DNA from: Deltaproteobacteria bacterium
Lineage (GTDB): Bacteria; Desulfobacterota; Binatia; UTPRO1
Assembly (NCBI GenBank): GCA_029262315.1
Contig: JAJCZP010000168.1
Location: 10,825 to 74,824 of the forward strand
Direction: 5' to 3'
Length of the DNA stretch: 64,000 nt
Shown: piece after piece, positions 16,568 to 26,489 of the stretch
Position numbering within the stretch: position 1 is the first letter of the stretch
How the letters are laid out: each line of letters opens with the position of its first letter
Position numbers and translations under genes: made by a program
The notes under the pieces: model-generated
Database searches by the model: none
Told to the model about the DNA's origin: nothing
The model's input: the letters and a program-made list of their open reading frames with translations, nothing else

Positions 16568-17983
16568 ATGGCAATCACACGACGACAGTTTCTGAAGCGC
16601 TCGAGTGCGGCGGCGGCAGGTGGCTTCTTCGGGCCGACACTTCTTGGCAACGGCTGGATGCACCAGGCACTCGCCGACACGATCGGCGACCGATACTTCG
16701 TCCTGCTGTTCCTCGACGGTGGCAACGACGGCCTGAACACGGTCTCGCCGATCGACAACGGCGGCGGGCTCCTTCGCACGGCCTACGATGGATGGCGGAA
16801 TACCGGCGTCGGCGGCATCAATCTGTCGCCAGGCGAGCTGAGCCCGCAAGCGATCGCAGCCGATCCCGGCACGGGCGCCCAGCTCGGACTCCACCCGGGG
16901 CTGGCCGATCTGAAGACGCTCTACGATCTCGGCAAAGTGGCGGTCATCCAGGGGTGCGGCTACCCCGATTTCAGCCTCTCGCATGACGACTCACGACGCG
17001 CCTGGCGCACGGGGTCACCGGGTGGCACCTCGTCGACGGGATGGATGGGCCGGTATTTGGCCGCGAACTACGTCGGCACGGACATCCCCGCGGCCGGCAT
17101 CTCGAACGGAGTACCGGGCGAGTTCGTGCAGAGCGCCACCAGCGTGCTCACCGTGCGCCGGGTGCGCGACTTCCGCTTCCCGTACGACAACAGCTTCCGT
17201 TCGGACATTGATCTGAAACGGACGATATTCAACGATCTGCACGAGTCCGCTCGAGCCGGGGGGCAGCCGAGCGTACTCACGCACATCGGCAACGCCGGCA
17301 CGGCGACGCTGCTCAGCACTGAAGCCTACCCGGCACTCCACGACACGTATCAGCTGGAGCGGCCGACCTGGGATCAAGCGTACAGCGACAACAGCAGCAG
17401 CACGTCGAACGACCTCCGTGAAGTCGCCAAGATCATCTACGGCGTCGAGAGCGGGGTTCCGAACGTCAATGCGCGCTTCTTTCAGGTACGCAACGGCGGC
17501 TACGACACCCATTCGGACCAGGGCGGCGCCAACCCGGATGGCAGCCACTTCAACCTGCACAATGAAGTCGGCAGCGCGCTGAAGCTCTTCTACGACGACC
17601 TGGCCGACATGGGCGCGATCGACAAGGTATGCGTCATGGTCTTCAGCGAGTTCAGTCGTCGGATCCCGCAGAACGACAACGGGACGGACCATGGATCGCA
17701 GGGCCCGATGTTCGTCATCGGCGGCAACGTGGTCGGCGGCACCTATGGCAACCATCCCAACATCGAGGAGAGCGCGCTCGATCGATCGGGGAATACCGTC
17801 TACTCACAGGATGGGGTGGACTCGTTCCGCTCGACTGACTTCCGCGACGTGTACGGCACGGCGCTCAAGCACTGGTTGAACATGCCACACGGGCAGATCC
17901 TCACCGATGTGCTCCCGCTCGATAGCGGCGATCCGGCCGAGTGGTGGACGACCGAGAACTTCGACATGGGCTTCCTACCCTAG
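16568..17983 (+). CDS. DUF1501 family protein, Tat-exported (sulfatase/alkaline-phosphatase-like superfamily)
   Basis: Twin-arginine signal MAITRRQFLKRSSAAAAGG. VFSEFSRRIPQNDNGTDHGSQGPMFVIGGNVVGG is the DUF1501 core. DUF1800/DUF1501 commonly form a gene pair. Confidence 0.8.
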   Translation: MAITRRQFLKRSSAAAAGGFFGPTLLGNGWMHQALADTIGDRYFVLLFLDGGNDGLNTVSPIDNGGGLLRTAYDGWRNTGVGGINLSPGELSPQAIAADPGTGAQLGLHPGLADLKTLYDLGKVAVIQGCGYPDFSLSHDDSRRAWRTGSPGGTSSTGWMGRYLAANYVGTDIPAAGISNGVPGEFVQSATSVLTVRRVRDFRFPYDNSFRSDIDLKRTIFNDLHESARAGGQPSVLTHIGNAGTATLLSTEAYPALHDTYQLERPTWDQAYSDNSSSTSNDLREVAKIIYGVESGVPNVNARFFQVRNGGYDTHSDQGGANPDGSHFNLHNEVGSALKLFYDDLADMGAIDKVCVMVFSEFSRRIPQNDNGTDHGSQGPMFVIGGNVVGGTYGNHPNIEESALDRSGNTVYSQDGVDSFRSTDFRDVYGTALKHWLNMPHGQILTDVLPLDSGDPAEWWTTENFDMGFLP

Positions 17984-17997
17984 GGAGCCAAGCTGAC

Positions 17998-18032
17998 GGG
18001 CCCGTCCGGACGCATCGTGTTCGGACGGGCCC
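17998..18032. terminator. GC-rich hairpin (gggcccgtccg-N13-cggacgggccc) between convergent genes; candidate bidirectional terminator
   Basis: Perfect 11-bp stem read from sequence. No clear U-tract. Confidence 0.35.
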
Positions 18033-18055
18033 TGCCCGCTCGGACGGAACGCGAG

Positions 18056-18877
18056 CTACTCAGCGACGGCGAGGCCGGGCCGCAACAACGACCGCAGGCG
18101 ATCGATCGCTTGCGAGTGCAACTGCGAGACGCGTGACTCGCTGATGCCGATCTCATCCGCGACTTCGCGCATCGTCAGATCGCGGCGGTAGTACGCGTCG
18201 AGCGCGGTGAACTCTTTCGCGGGAAGCCGGCGCAGCCCTTCAGCCACCAGACACGCGCGTTCGTATCCGAGGACAGCCTGCAGCGGATCGCTATCGCGAT
18301 CCGGCATATGCTGGTCGATCTCGGTCCGCCCGTGCTCCGCGGGACTGAGATCTTCGAAGGAGATCGTCCCGAACTCGGTCTGCCGCGCCATCTTTCTGAG
18401 GGTGTCGACGTCAATACGCAACGCGCGTGCGATCTCGTCCTCGCGCGGAGCACGAGCAAGCACTCCCTCGAGTTGTGCGCGCGTCCGCTCGATCAAGACC
18501 GCCTTCTTGCGTGCGGTCCGCGAGAGCCAATCCTGCTCTCGGAGGTTGTCGAGAATCATGCCGCGCACGCGAAAACGCGCGTACGTACGAAATGAAGCGT
18601 GTTTGTCGGGCCGGTAGCGTTGGTAGGCGTCCAGCAGCCCTTCCATCCCCCAGCTGACCAACTCGTCGAACTCGACGCGCGGAGGCTGTCGACACGCGAT
18701 GGTATGCGCCACGTCCCGGACGAGAGGGAGGTGGCGACGCACGACTGCTTCGCAGCTCGAACCGGATGGCTCGTATGCGATTCTCGCTGGGGCTCCCACG
18801 ACGGACCTGAGACGCAAGAAGCTTGCCAGTCGTCGGCTCTGCGCGACCATACGGCAGACCGCATGCCAGCCCGCCAT
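18056..18877 (-). CDS. RNA polymerase sigma factor, sigma-70 family group 3 (FliA/WhiG-like)
   Basis: LPLVRDVAHTIACRQPPRVEFDELVSWGMEGLLDAYQRYRP...FRTYARFRVRGMILDNLR is region 2. LTMREVADEIGISESRVSQLHSQAIDRLR is the region 4 HTH. True start is probably downstream of 18877. Confidence 0.65.
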   Translation of the reverse strand: MAGWHAVCRMVAQSRRLASFLRLRSVVGAPARIAYEPSGSSCEAVVRRHLPLVRDVAHTIACRQPPRVEFDELVSWGMEGLLDAYQRYRPDKHASFRTYARFRVRGMILDNLREQDWLSRTARKKAVLIERTRAQLEGVLARAPREDEIARALRIDVDTLRKMARQTEFGTISFEDLSPAEHGRTEIDQHMPDRDSDPLQAVLGYERACLVAEGLRRLPAKEFTALDAYYRRDLTMREVADEIGISESRVSQLHSQAIDRLRSLLRPGLAVAE

Positions 18878-19207
18878 GCACCTCCCGTCCCGGGACGGAC
18901 CAGCAACCGTCGGTGTGCTGCTCGAGGACGAAACCTGGAGAGAAACCGACCGAGAAACGCCGCGATAGGGGCAGCGCGCACGGGTGCGGGACGCACTGAC
19001 ACAACGCCCCCCGCGCCGCCGCGCGACCGCCGGCAGGCGACGTACTCCACGCCACGATCAGCCGCATCACTTTGCTCGCGCGCACGACCGGCATCCTGGT
19101 AACACCAGTGCCGCGATGTGGCGCCTCGAAACGCGCTCCTGAGCCAGCCTTTACAGATCCGGCCACCTTGCGTATACGCGCCGGATTCCAACGGAGGTCG
19201 ACCACGC

Positions 19208-20077
19208 ATGCCCATCGAACTCAAGAAGGTACTCGGAGCCAAGCTCCCGCCCATGGACTTCTCCTGGGACCAGGACCGCCTCATGCTCTATGCACTCGGC
19301 GCAGGCGTCGGCATCGACGCCGATCCGACCACGCCCGGCGTGCTGCAGTACACCTACGAGGACGAGAATCTCAAGGCGCTCCCAACCTTCGGCGTCGTGC
19401 CGAGCTTCGCCGCCCTCATGAACCTGATGAGCGTCGATGGCCTCTCATTCAATCCGATGATGCTGCTGCATGGCGAGCAGTATCTCGAGATCCTGGCACG
19501 CCCGATTCCAACGAGCGCCACCGTGCGAAGCGAAGGCTCGATCAAGGCGATCTACGACAAAGGCAAAGGAGCACTCCTGGTGATCGAGGTCACGACGACC
19601 ACGACCGACGGGGCACCGCTATTCCGGAACGAATACGGCATCTTTCTTCGTGGCGAGGGCGGCTTCGGAGGTGAACAGGGACCGGCGGCCGGTCATCTTC
19701 CGCCCGATCGCGCCCCCGATGCGGTCGTCGAAACCCCGACGGTGGCACATCAGGCGCTCCTCTACCGTCTGTCCGGCGACAAGAACCCGCTCCATGCCGA
19801 CCCGAGCTTTGCGGCGCTTGGCGGCTTCGACCGCCCGATTCTGCACGGCCTCTGCACGTTCGCCAACGTCGCGCGAGCGGCGATTCAAGCATTCGCCGAC
19901 AACGACCCCACACGCTTCCGATCGATCCGCGTGCGCTTCGTCCGACCGGTCATGCCGGGGGAGACGATCGTCACCGAAATGTGGGACATGGGCGGCGGCG
20001 AGATCGTCCTACGCGCCAAGACCAAGCCGAACGACACTGTCGTCATCTCGAACGCGCAAGTGGTCCTCGACGCATGA
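19208..20077 (+). CDS. MaoC-like (R)-specific enoyl-CoA hydratase/dehydratase, double hot-dog fold
   Basis: DKNPLHADPSFAALGGFDRPILHGLCTF is the MaoC dehydratase motif. ATG at 19208 (MPIELKKVLGAKLPPMDF). Confidence 0.75.
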   Translation: MPIELKKVLGAKLPPMDFSWDQDRLMLYALGAGVGIDADPTTPGVLQYTYEDENLKALPTFGVVPSFAALMNLMSVDGLSFNPMMLLHGEQYLEILARPIPTSATVRSEGSIKAIYDKGKGALLVIEVTTTTTDGAPLFRNEYGIFLRGEGGFGGEQGPAAGHLPPDRAPDAVVETPTVAHQALLYRLSGDKNPLHADPSFAALGGFDRPILHGLCTFANVARAAIQAFADNDPTRFRSIRVRFVRPVMPGETIVTEMWDMGGGEIVLRAKTKPNDTVVISNAQVVLDA

Positions 20078-20105
20078 GCCGTGAATCAACCGCGCCTCGG
20101 CGATG

Positions 20106-20412
20106 TCAATCCGCGAGCGTAACCTCAGCGACGGGGACGACCACGTTCGGAGGCTCGTTCGAGAGCAGCACGTACAGCCCGAGCCCAAGAATCGCGCTCG
20201 TCAGCACGAGCGCCGTAACGCCCGCGGCACGCGTCACGCCCTCGTGGCGTGGAGCATGAACCCTCAGCGGTAAGATCCAGAGACGGCATCGGGGACAGCG
20301 GCGGTTGACGGGATCGATGCGTTGCCCGCATCCCGGGCACTCCCCGGGAAGCTTTCGCGTTTCCTCGGACGCGACTGTGACGGCGACACGCACCTGAGAG
20401 GATGATTTCACG
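20106..20412 (-). CDS. small zinc-ribbon protein with C-terminal transmembrane anchor (hypothetical)
   Basis: GTG start at complement of 20410-20412 with GGAGGTG upstream. ...KLPGECPGCGQRIDPVNRRCPRCRLW... has two CxxC pairs. Hydrophobic helix AAGVTALVLTSAILGLGLYVLL. The longer overlapping minus ORFs have Arg-rich, implausible N-termini. Confidence 0.45.
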
Positions 20413-20576
20413 GCACACCTCCAGGGCTTGGAGCCACGCGAACTGTAGTGCTTTCCGGCACCCCACGTCAAATTTTCCGGCGTTGACGCAACGCAGCGCA
20501 CCGTTGCCGTAGTCACACCTGCCCCGATTCGGGGCATGCTTGGTCCAGCCCGCGCGACTGTGCTTGAATACACGCG

Positions 20577-21095
20577 ATGGCGCCGCAGAAGCAGGGATCG
20601 AACCGGCAGGCAACACCGCAGCGCTCGCTGGGTTCCGCACATCTGCGGACGGTCTTCGAGGTGTCGGCGGGCGGAATCGTCTATCGCAAGAGCGACTCCG
20701 GTCTCGAGGTCTGTCTGATCTCGACGCGTGGCGGCACGCGCTGGCAACTCCCCAAGGGCCGACAGGAAGATGGCGAGTCACTGGGCCAAACCGCGGTCCG
20801 CGAGGTCGCCGAAGAAACCGGGCTCGAAGCGACCCTCGGACCGCCGCTCGATACGCTCGAACTCTGGTACACCTGGACGGAGAACGGCGAGCCCGTCCGC
20901 CACCACAAGCTGGTCCACCTTTTTCTCCTCACCTACGTCAGCGGGGACACGAGTAACCACGATGGCGAGGTCGATGATGCCGCGTGGTGCATACCGGCCG
21001 AGGCCTTGGCGCGCCTGACATTTCCCAGCGAGCGCCGCGTACTGAAGCGCGCCCTCGCGCTCCTCGACTTTCCGACCCCCAACGTCGGCGAGTAA
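20577..21095 (+). CDS. NUDIX hydrolase
   Basis: GGIVYR...WQLPKGRQEDGESLGQTAVREVAEETG is the Nudix box GX5EX7REUXEEXGU. Confidence 0.75.
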   Translation: MAPQKQGSNRQATPQRSLGSAHLRTVFEVSAGGIVYRKSDSGLEVCLISTRGGTRWQLPKGRQEDGESLGQTAVREVAEETGLEATLGPPLDTLELWYTWTENGEPVRHHKLVHLFLLTYVSGDTSNHDGEVDDAAWCIPAEALARLTFPSERRVLKRALALLDFPTPNVGE

Positions 21096-21099
21096 GCGC

Positions 21100-22380
21100 T
21101 CAGCGCGACGGCGCGATGACCGTCTGCTCGCCGAAATACGGCCGCAGCACATCCGGAATCGCCACCGTACCATCGGCCTGCTGATACGTCTCGAGCACCC
21201 CGATGAGGACGCGCGGCAGGGCCAGCCCAGAACCGTTCATCGTGTGCACAAACGCCGGACGTTCGCCCGCGGCCGCACGATATCGGATGTTGGCCCGCCG
21301 CGCTTGAAAGTCCCGGAAGTTGGAGCACGAACTGACCTCGAGCCACTCGCCACAACCCGGCGCCCACAACTCCACGTCGTACTTCATGGCCGCCACGAAA
21401 CTGAGATCGCCAGTGCACATCTGAACGACGCGGTGAGGAATGCCCAAACGACGACAGACATCCTCGGCGTCGTCGAGAAGCGCGAGCAGCTCACCATCCG
21501 AGGTCGATGGCTCGACGAACTTCACCATTTCGACCTTGTCGAACTGGTGGCCGCGCTTGATGCCGCGCACGTCACGTCCCGCCGACATCTTCTCGCGCCG
21601 GAAGCACGGCGTGTACGCCACGTGCCGCACAGGCAATGAGCCTGGCTCGAGGATCTCGTCGCGGTACATATTGGTGACGGGGACCTCGGCCGTGGGAACG
21701 AACCAGTAGTCGTCCTCGGCGTCCCGATAGAGGTTGTCGCCGAACTTCGGAAGATTGCCGGTCCCGACCAAGCACTCGCGACGCACCATGACCGGCGGAT
21801 ACACCTCCGCATAGTCGTGTTCGCGTGTGTGGAGATCGAGCATCCAGCTGATCAACGCCCGCTGAAGCCGGGCGCCGTCGCCCCGGAGCACATAGAAACG
21901 CGACCCAGAGATCTTGGCACCGCGCTCGAAGTCGATGATGCCGAGGGCCTCACCGAGTTCCCAGTGGGGCTTCGGCGCAAAGTCGTACTCGCGCGGACTC
22001 CCGATCGTGCGGAGCACGATGTTCGCGTCCTCGTCGGGGCCGACCGGCACGTCGGGATGGGGCAGGTTCGGAATCTCGAGCATGCGGGTCTCGAAGCGTT
22101 CTTCGATCTCGGTCAGTGCCGACTCGGCCGCCGCGATGGCTTCGCCAACGCCATGCTGGGCGGCAATCGCCGCTTCGCGCTCCTTCGGATCCTTCAGCGC
22201 GCCGATACGCTTCGAGGCCTTCCCCCGTTCGGCCTTGAGCGACTCGACTTTCTGGATGGCCGCCCGCCGCTCCGTATCCAGCGCGAGCAGCCCATCGACC
22301 TCGGCGGTGTCCACGCCGACGGTCGCCAGACGCGCCTTCACCGAATCGGGCTGCTCGCGGATCAGCTTGATGTCGAGCAT
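21100..22380 (-). CDS. serS: seryl-tRNA synthetase
   Basis: N-terminal coiled-coil ([18 protein letters not shown]...) and class II aaRS core ([25 protein letters not shown], ...[15 protein letters not shown]). Confidence 0.9.
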   Translation of the reverse strand: MLDIKLIREQPDSVKARLATVGVDTAEVDGLLALDTERRAAIQKVESLKAERGKASKRIGALKDPKEREAAIAAQHGVGEAIAAAESALTEIEERFETRMLEIPNLPHPDVPVGPDEDANIVLRTIGSPREYDFAPKPHWELGEALGIIDFERGAKISGSRFYVLRGDGARLQRALISWMLDLHTREHDYAEVYPPVMVRRECLVGTGNLPKFGDNLYRDAEDDYWFVPTAEVPVTNMYRDEILEPGSLPVRHVAYTPCFRREKMSAGRDVRGIKRGHQFDKVEMVKFVEPSTSDGELLALLDDAEDVCRRLGIPHRVVQMCTGDLSFVAAMKYDVELWAPGCGEWLEVSSCSNFRDFQARRANIRYRAAAGERPAFVHTMNGSGLALPRVLIGVLETYQQADGTVAIPDVLRPYFGEQTVIAPSR

Positions 22381-22482
22381 CGCCGCCTCGTAGCACGCGG
22401 CCCCGGAGGCATCAATTGAGCGGGCTGAACGGCAGCCCGCGCGCCCATGAAAGGCGGCACGGGGCTATCCCGGTGGCGCCGC

Positions 22483-22851
22483 TTAGTCCGCGCGGAACGC
22501 GTCGACGACGTGCGCGATCCCAACGACCGACCCACGCATGTCGATGGCGACCACGTCGAATCTGAGCCCCGCCGCCCGACGCGGATACTCCGCAAGGTAG
22601 TGCCGCGCGACCCGCAACACCTTGATCTGCTTCTGGCGCGTCACCGATTCGACGGCCTGCCCCGCGACCGCGCTCCGCCGGGTCCGCACCTCACAAAACA
22701 CGAGCACCGACCCGTCACGAAAGATGAGGTCGATCTCACCCCGCCGACAGCGATAGTTGCGTGAGACCACAACATGCCCGCGAGCCGCAATGAACGCCGC
22801 CGCCAGGTCCTCGCCAATTCTCCCCCAGCGCCGCCGCTCCTCCGTCACCAC
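22483..22851 (-). CDS. YraN family (UPF0102) endonuclease
   Basis: GEDLAAAFIAARGHVVVSRNYRCRRGEIDLIFRDGSVLVFCEVRTR is the YraN/UPF0102 pattern. Confidence 0.7.
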   Translation of the reverse strand: MVTEERRRWGRIGEDLAAAFIAARGHVVVSRNYRCRRGEIDLIFRDGSVLVFCEVRTRRSAVAGQAVESVTRQKQIKVLRVARHYLAEYPRRAAGLRFDVVAIDMRGSVVGIAHVVDAFRAD

Positions 22852-22919
22852 CCCATAGTGAAGCAGACCACCACGCTGGTCCCAGCACTACGAGTAGGCC
22901 CCGCGCAAACGAGACGTTC

Positions 22920-23711
22920 CTACGCCAGCCCCAACATCTCGCTGATGCCGTAGCGGTGCCCAGCCGTCAGGCCGCCGTCGACGACGAGGGCATGCCCGAC
23001 GACGAACGAGGCATCGTCCGAGGCCAGGAACAGCACGGCGGAGGCGATCTCTTCGGAGCGCCCCAAACGCCCGAGCTGATGCGCATCGGCGATGCGCTCG
23101 CGCACCGGACCGAGATCGTTCTGGTCGAAGATGGACCGCAACAGCGGCGTATCGACGAAGCCCGGGCAGACGCAGTTCACGCGGATGCCGCGCCGCGCAT
23201 AGTCGATGGCGAGGTTTTTCGTCAGGACCACGACCCCGCCCTTCGAGGCGTTGTAGGCGCTGCCGCCTTCGGTTCCTTCGAGGCCCTCGATACTCGCGAT
23301 ATTGACGATGTTGCCGGCGCGGCGTTCGAGCATCCCCTCGACCGCGTACTTGCACATGAGGTACGTGCCTTTGAGATTGATGTCGACGACGCGGTCCCAC
23401 TCCTCGCTCGGCAACATGTGCACCGGCCCACCACCGCCGACGCCAGCGGCATTCACGAGGACATCGAGCCGACCGAAACGCTCCTCGACCGCGCGCACCG
23501 TGGCTTGAACGCCCTGCTCATCTCGAACATCACCGGCGCGATACAGCGACTCCGGCGCGTCCGCGACCAACGTTGCCCAGTTGGCGGGCTCCTCACTGAC
23601 GTCGAAGCCGGCGACACGAGCCCCCTCGCGCGCGAACCGTTCAACACACGCGGCGCCTATACCCGATGCGGCGCCCGTCACGAGTGCAACCTTGTTCTCC
23701 AAACGTCCCAT
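22920..23711 (-). CDS. SDR family NAD(P)-dependent oxidoreductase
   Basis: TGAASGIG Rossmann motif, NAAG, and YNASK catalytic motif. Confidence 0.85.
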   Translation of the reverse strand: MGRLENKVALVTGAASGIGAACVERFAREGARVAGFDVSEEPANWATLVADAPESLYRAGDVRDEQGVQATVRAVEERFGRLDVLVNAAGVGGGGPVHMLPSEEWDRVVDINLKGTYLMCKYAVEGMLERRAGNIVNIASIEGLEGTEGGSAYNASKGGVVVLTKNLAIDYARRGIRVNCVCPGFVDTPLLRSIFDQNDLGPVRERIADAHQLGRLGRSEEIASAVLFLASDDASFVVGHALVVDGGLTAGHRYGISEMLGLA

Positions 23712-23714
23712 GAC

Positions 23715-24641
23715 TCAGCTCCAGTGCCCGCGAACGAAGGTGCCGATCTTGGCGACCGCGTCGTCGGCCTCGGGGATGATCGGCGAGAAAGCGTGCCACA
23801 CGTGGATCATCTCGTCCCACGCTTCGAGCGTCACCGCGACGCCCGCCGCGCGCGCGCGTTCGGCAAGCCTGGTCGCATCATCGAGCAACACTTCGCGGCC
23901 GCCCACGTGGATGAGCAGCGGCGGGAGCCCCGCGAGTTCCGCGAATACCGGACTGGCAAGCGGCGTCGCCGGATCGGCGCCGTGGAGATACGCCTCGGCC
24001 ATCGGCGCCAGGGTCTCCCGACTGACCATGGGATCGCTCGCGGCCTTGCTGCTCATCGAGGGTGCCGTGAGGGTGAGATCGGTCCACGGCGAGATGCAGA
24101 CCGCCGCCGCCGGCAACGGGATACCGGCGTCGCGCAGCGCAACGAGCGCCGCCGCCGTCAATCCGCCCCCGGCCGAGTCCCCGGCAATGACGATCTTGCC
24201 TGGCGCGACGCCAGTCTCCAGCAGCCACCGATACGACGCCACGGCGTCGTCGACTGCCGCCGGATACGGGTGCTCCGGTCCAAGCCGATAGTCGACGGTC
24301 AGCCCCTGCGCATCGCAAGCACGCGCCAGACGGGCGACGAGCAGCCGGTGGGTGCGCGGCGATCCCAGCACGTAGCCGCCGCCGTGCAGGTACAGCACGA
24401 CATGGTCGACGCGCGTTGCCTCGGGCCGCACCCATTCGGCCGGCACGCCCCCGGCGTCGATCGCTTCGAGGCGCGCCCCCTCGGGGGGCGGAGCCGCCGC
24501 TGTCAACGTCTCGAAGTTCGCACGCATCTGCTCGATGCTCAGGGGCTCCGCGACAGTACCCGCCCCCAGCATCTCGATGACCGCCTGCACGCCTGCGTTT
24601 GCCATGACGCCCGCTCTACCAGCCTGTCCGAGCAGTGTCAC
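23715..24641 (-). CDS. alpha/beta hydrolase, HSL-type esterase/lipase
   Basis: LYLHGGGYVLG is the HGGG oxyanion box. IVIAGDSAGG is the GDSAG nucleophile elbow. Confidence 0.8.
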   Translation of the reverse strand: MTLLGQAGRAGVMANAGVQAVIEMLGAGTVAEPLSIEQMRANFETLTAAAPPPEGARLEAIDAGGVPAEWVRPEATRVDHVVLYLHGGGYVLGSPRTHRLLVARLARACDAQGLTVDYRLGPEHPYPAAVDDAVASYRWLLETGVAPGKIVIAGDSAGGGLTAAALVALRDAGIPLPAAAVCISPWTDLTLTAPSMSSKAASDPMVSRETLAPMAEAYLHGADPATPLASPVFAELAGLPPLLIHVGGREVLLDDATRLAERARAAGVAVTLEAWDEMIHVWHAFSPIIPEADDAVAKIGTFVRGHWS

Positions 24642-24709
24642 ACTGTGCCGGCACTTTCACTCCCAGGCCTCGGTGGCAGGCGCAGGCCGCAGTTGCTAGA
24701 CTCTGCGCC

Positions 24710-24997
24710 GTGAAGATTGGCCCCGACGATATCCGCACGGTGGCACGCCTCGCCCGCCTCAATCTCACCCCGGAAGAAGAGGCGAGCATGGTCACGACCC
24801 TCGATGCGATCCTGACCTACATGGAAACCCTGAACGCCCTCGATACTACCGACATCGAACCGACCGCGCATATCATCGACCTCGAAACCCCGTGGCGCGC
24901 TGACGAGGTCACGAACGAGGCCAACACCGAGGCGCTGCTCGCCAACGCCCCTGCGCGCGACGGCAACCACTTCCGCGTCCCCAAGATCATCGATTGA
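24710..24997 (+). CDS. gatC: Asp-tRNA(Asn)/Glu-tRNA(Gln) amidotransferase subunit C
   Basis: [27 protein letters not shown]...NVMREDEV-like pattern. 95 aa from GTG 24710, immediately upstream of gatA. The long ORF from 24635 has a non-protein-like N-terminus. Confidence 0.8.
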   Translation: MKIGPDDIRTVARLARLNLTPEEEASMVTTLDAILTYMETLNALDTTDIEPTAHIIDLETPWRADEVTNEANTEALLANAPARDGNHFRVPKIID

Positions 24998-25004
24998 TCC
25001 GCGC

Positions 25005-26489
25005 GTGACCACGCCCCTTCACGATCTCACGCTTGCCGAGGCCAGTGCGCGCCTGCGGGACGGCAGCGTCTCCTCGGAGGATCTGACCGAAGCGGCGCTC
25101 GCCCGCATCGCGGCCACGGATGAGACGTGGCACTCGTTCATCACCGTGAGCGCGGACGAAGCACGCGCAACCGCACGAGCGATCGACGCGCAACGGCAGT
25201 CCGGTGCGGCGGCTGGCGTCCTCGCCGGTATCCCGATCGCCGTGAAAGACGTCATCGCGACCGCGGGTATTCGAACGACCGCGGCCTCGAAGCTGCTGGA
25301 GGATTTCGTCCCCCCCTACGACGCCACGGTGACGACCCGCCTGAAGAACGCTGGGGCCGTCATCATCGGCAAGGCCAATTGTGACGAGTTCGCAATGGGA
25401 TCGTCCAACGAGAATTCCGCCTACGGCCCGACGCGCAATCCCTGGGACCCGACGCGTGTCCCCGGCGGCTCGTCGGGCGGCTCGGCGACCGCCATTGCCG
25501 GTCGGCAGGCGTACGGCAGCCTCGGCACAGATACTGGTGGATCCATCCGCCTCCCGGCGGCCTATTGCGGGGTGGTCGGCATGAAGCCGACCTACGGACG
25601 GGTCAGTCGCTACGGCGTCATCGCCTACGCCTCTTCACTCGATCAGGTCGGACCGTTCGGACGCACGGTCGAAGATTGCGCCCGCATGCTCGGCGTCATC
25701 GCCGGACACGATCCCCGCGATTCGACATCCGTCGACCGCCCCGTGCCCGATTATCACGCGGCGCTCGGCGGCGACGCCGCTGGCCTGCGCATCGGTGTCC
25801 CGAAGGAGTACTTCATCGACGGCATGCAGCCCGCCGTCGAGGGCGCGGTCCGTGCCGCCCTCGACACCCTGGGCGGCCTTGGAGCGACGACGAGCGACGT
25901 ATCGCTGCCCCATACCTCGTACGCTGTCGCCTGCTACTACATACTCGCGACCGCCGAAGCGAGCTCGAATCTCGGACGCTACGACGGTATCCGCTACGGC
26001 GCGCGCCAAGCCGCTGATGACGGACTCGCCAGCTTGTACCGCAATACTCGCGCGCTCGGTTTCGGGCCCGAGGTAAAGCGACGCATCATGCTGGGCACCT
26101 ACGCGCTTTCGGCCGGATACTACGACGCCTACTATCTGAAAGCACAGAAGGTCCGCACGCTCATCCGCCAAGATTTCGATCGCGTTTTCGCCGATGTCGA
26201 CGTGCTCGCGACGCCTGTCGCACCCACGACCGCATTTCGCCTCGCGGAAAAAACCTCCGATCCTCTCGCCATGTATCTCGTCGATGTGTTCACAAATCCA
26301 GCGAGTCTGGCGGGCCTTCCGGCCATCGTCGTCCCGTGTGGGCGCGACGAGGCAGGCATGCCGATCGGTCTTCAGCTGATCGGCCCTCCGTTCGGCGAGG
26401 AACTCGTGTTGCGCGCTGCCCACGCTTTCGAACAAGCGACGTCCTGGCATCGAGAGCGCCCCCCGGAGCCGGCAGGAGCAGCGGCATGA
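25005..26489 (+). CDS. gatA: Glu-tRNA(Gln) amidotransferase subunit A (amidase signature family)
   Basis: GGSSGGSA amidase signature and conserved GatA N-terminal region. Its stop overlaps the gatB ATG (ATGA). Confidence 0.9.
   Translation: MTTPLHDLTLAEASARLRDGSVSSEDLTEAALARIAATDETWHSFITVSADEARATARAIDAQRQSGAAAGVLAGIPIAVKDVIATAGIRTTAASKLLEDFVPPYDATVTTRLKNAGAVIIGKANCDEFAMGSSNENSAYGPTRNPWDPTRVPGGSSGGSATAIAGRQAYGSLGTDTGGSIRLPAAYCGVVGMKPTYGRVSRYGVIAYASSLDQVGPFGRTVEDCARMLGVIAGHDPRDSTSVDRPVPDYHAALGGDAAGLRIGVPKEYFIDGMQPAVEGAVRAALDTLGGLGATTSDVSLPHTSYAVACYYILATAEASSNLGRYDGIRYGARQAADDGLASLYRNTRALGFGPEVKRRIMLGTYALSAGYYDAYYLKAQKVRTLIRQDFDRVFADVDVLATPVAPTTAFRLAEKTSDPLAMYLVDVFTNPASLAGLPAIVVPCGRDEAGMPIGLQLIGPPFGEELVLRAAHAFEQATSWHRERPPEPAGAAA

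Noticed and set aside
20125-20781. 218-aa minus-strand ORF
   Set aside because: It overlaps the NUDIX gene antisense and has an Arg/Pro/Ser-rich sequence. The real gene here appears to be the short zinc-ribbon ORF in the other frame (20106..20412).
22956-24713. 585-aa plus-strand ORF
   Set aside because: It is antisense to the SDR and esterase genes, which have strong motifs. The sequence is Arg/Asp/Gly-rich.
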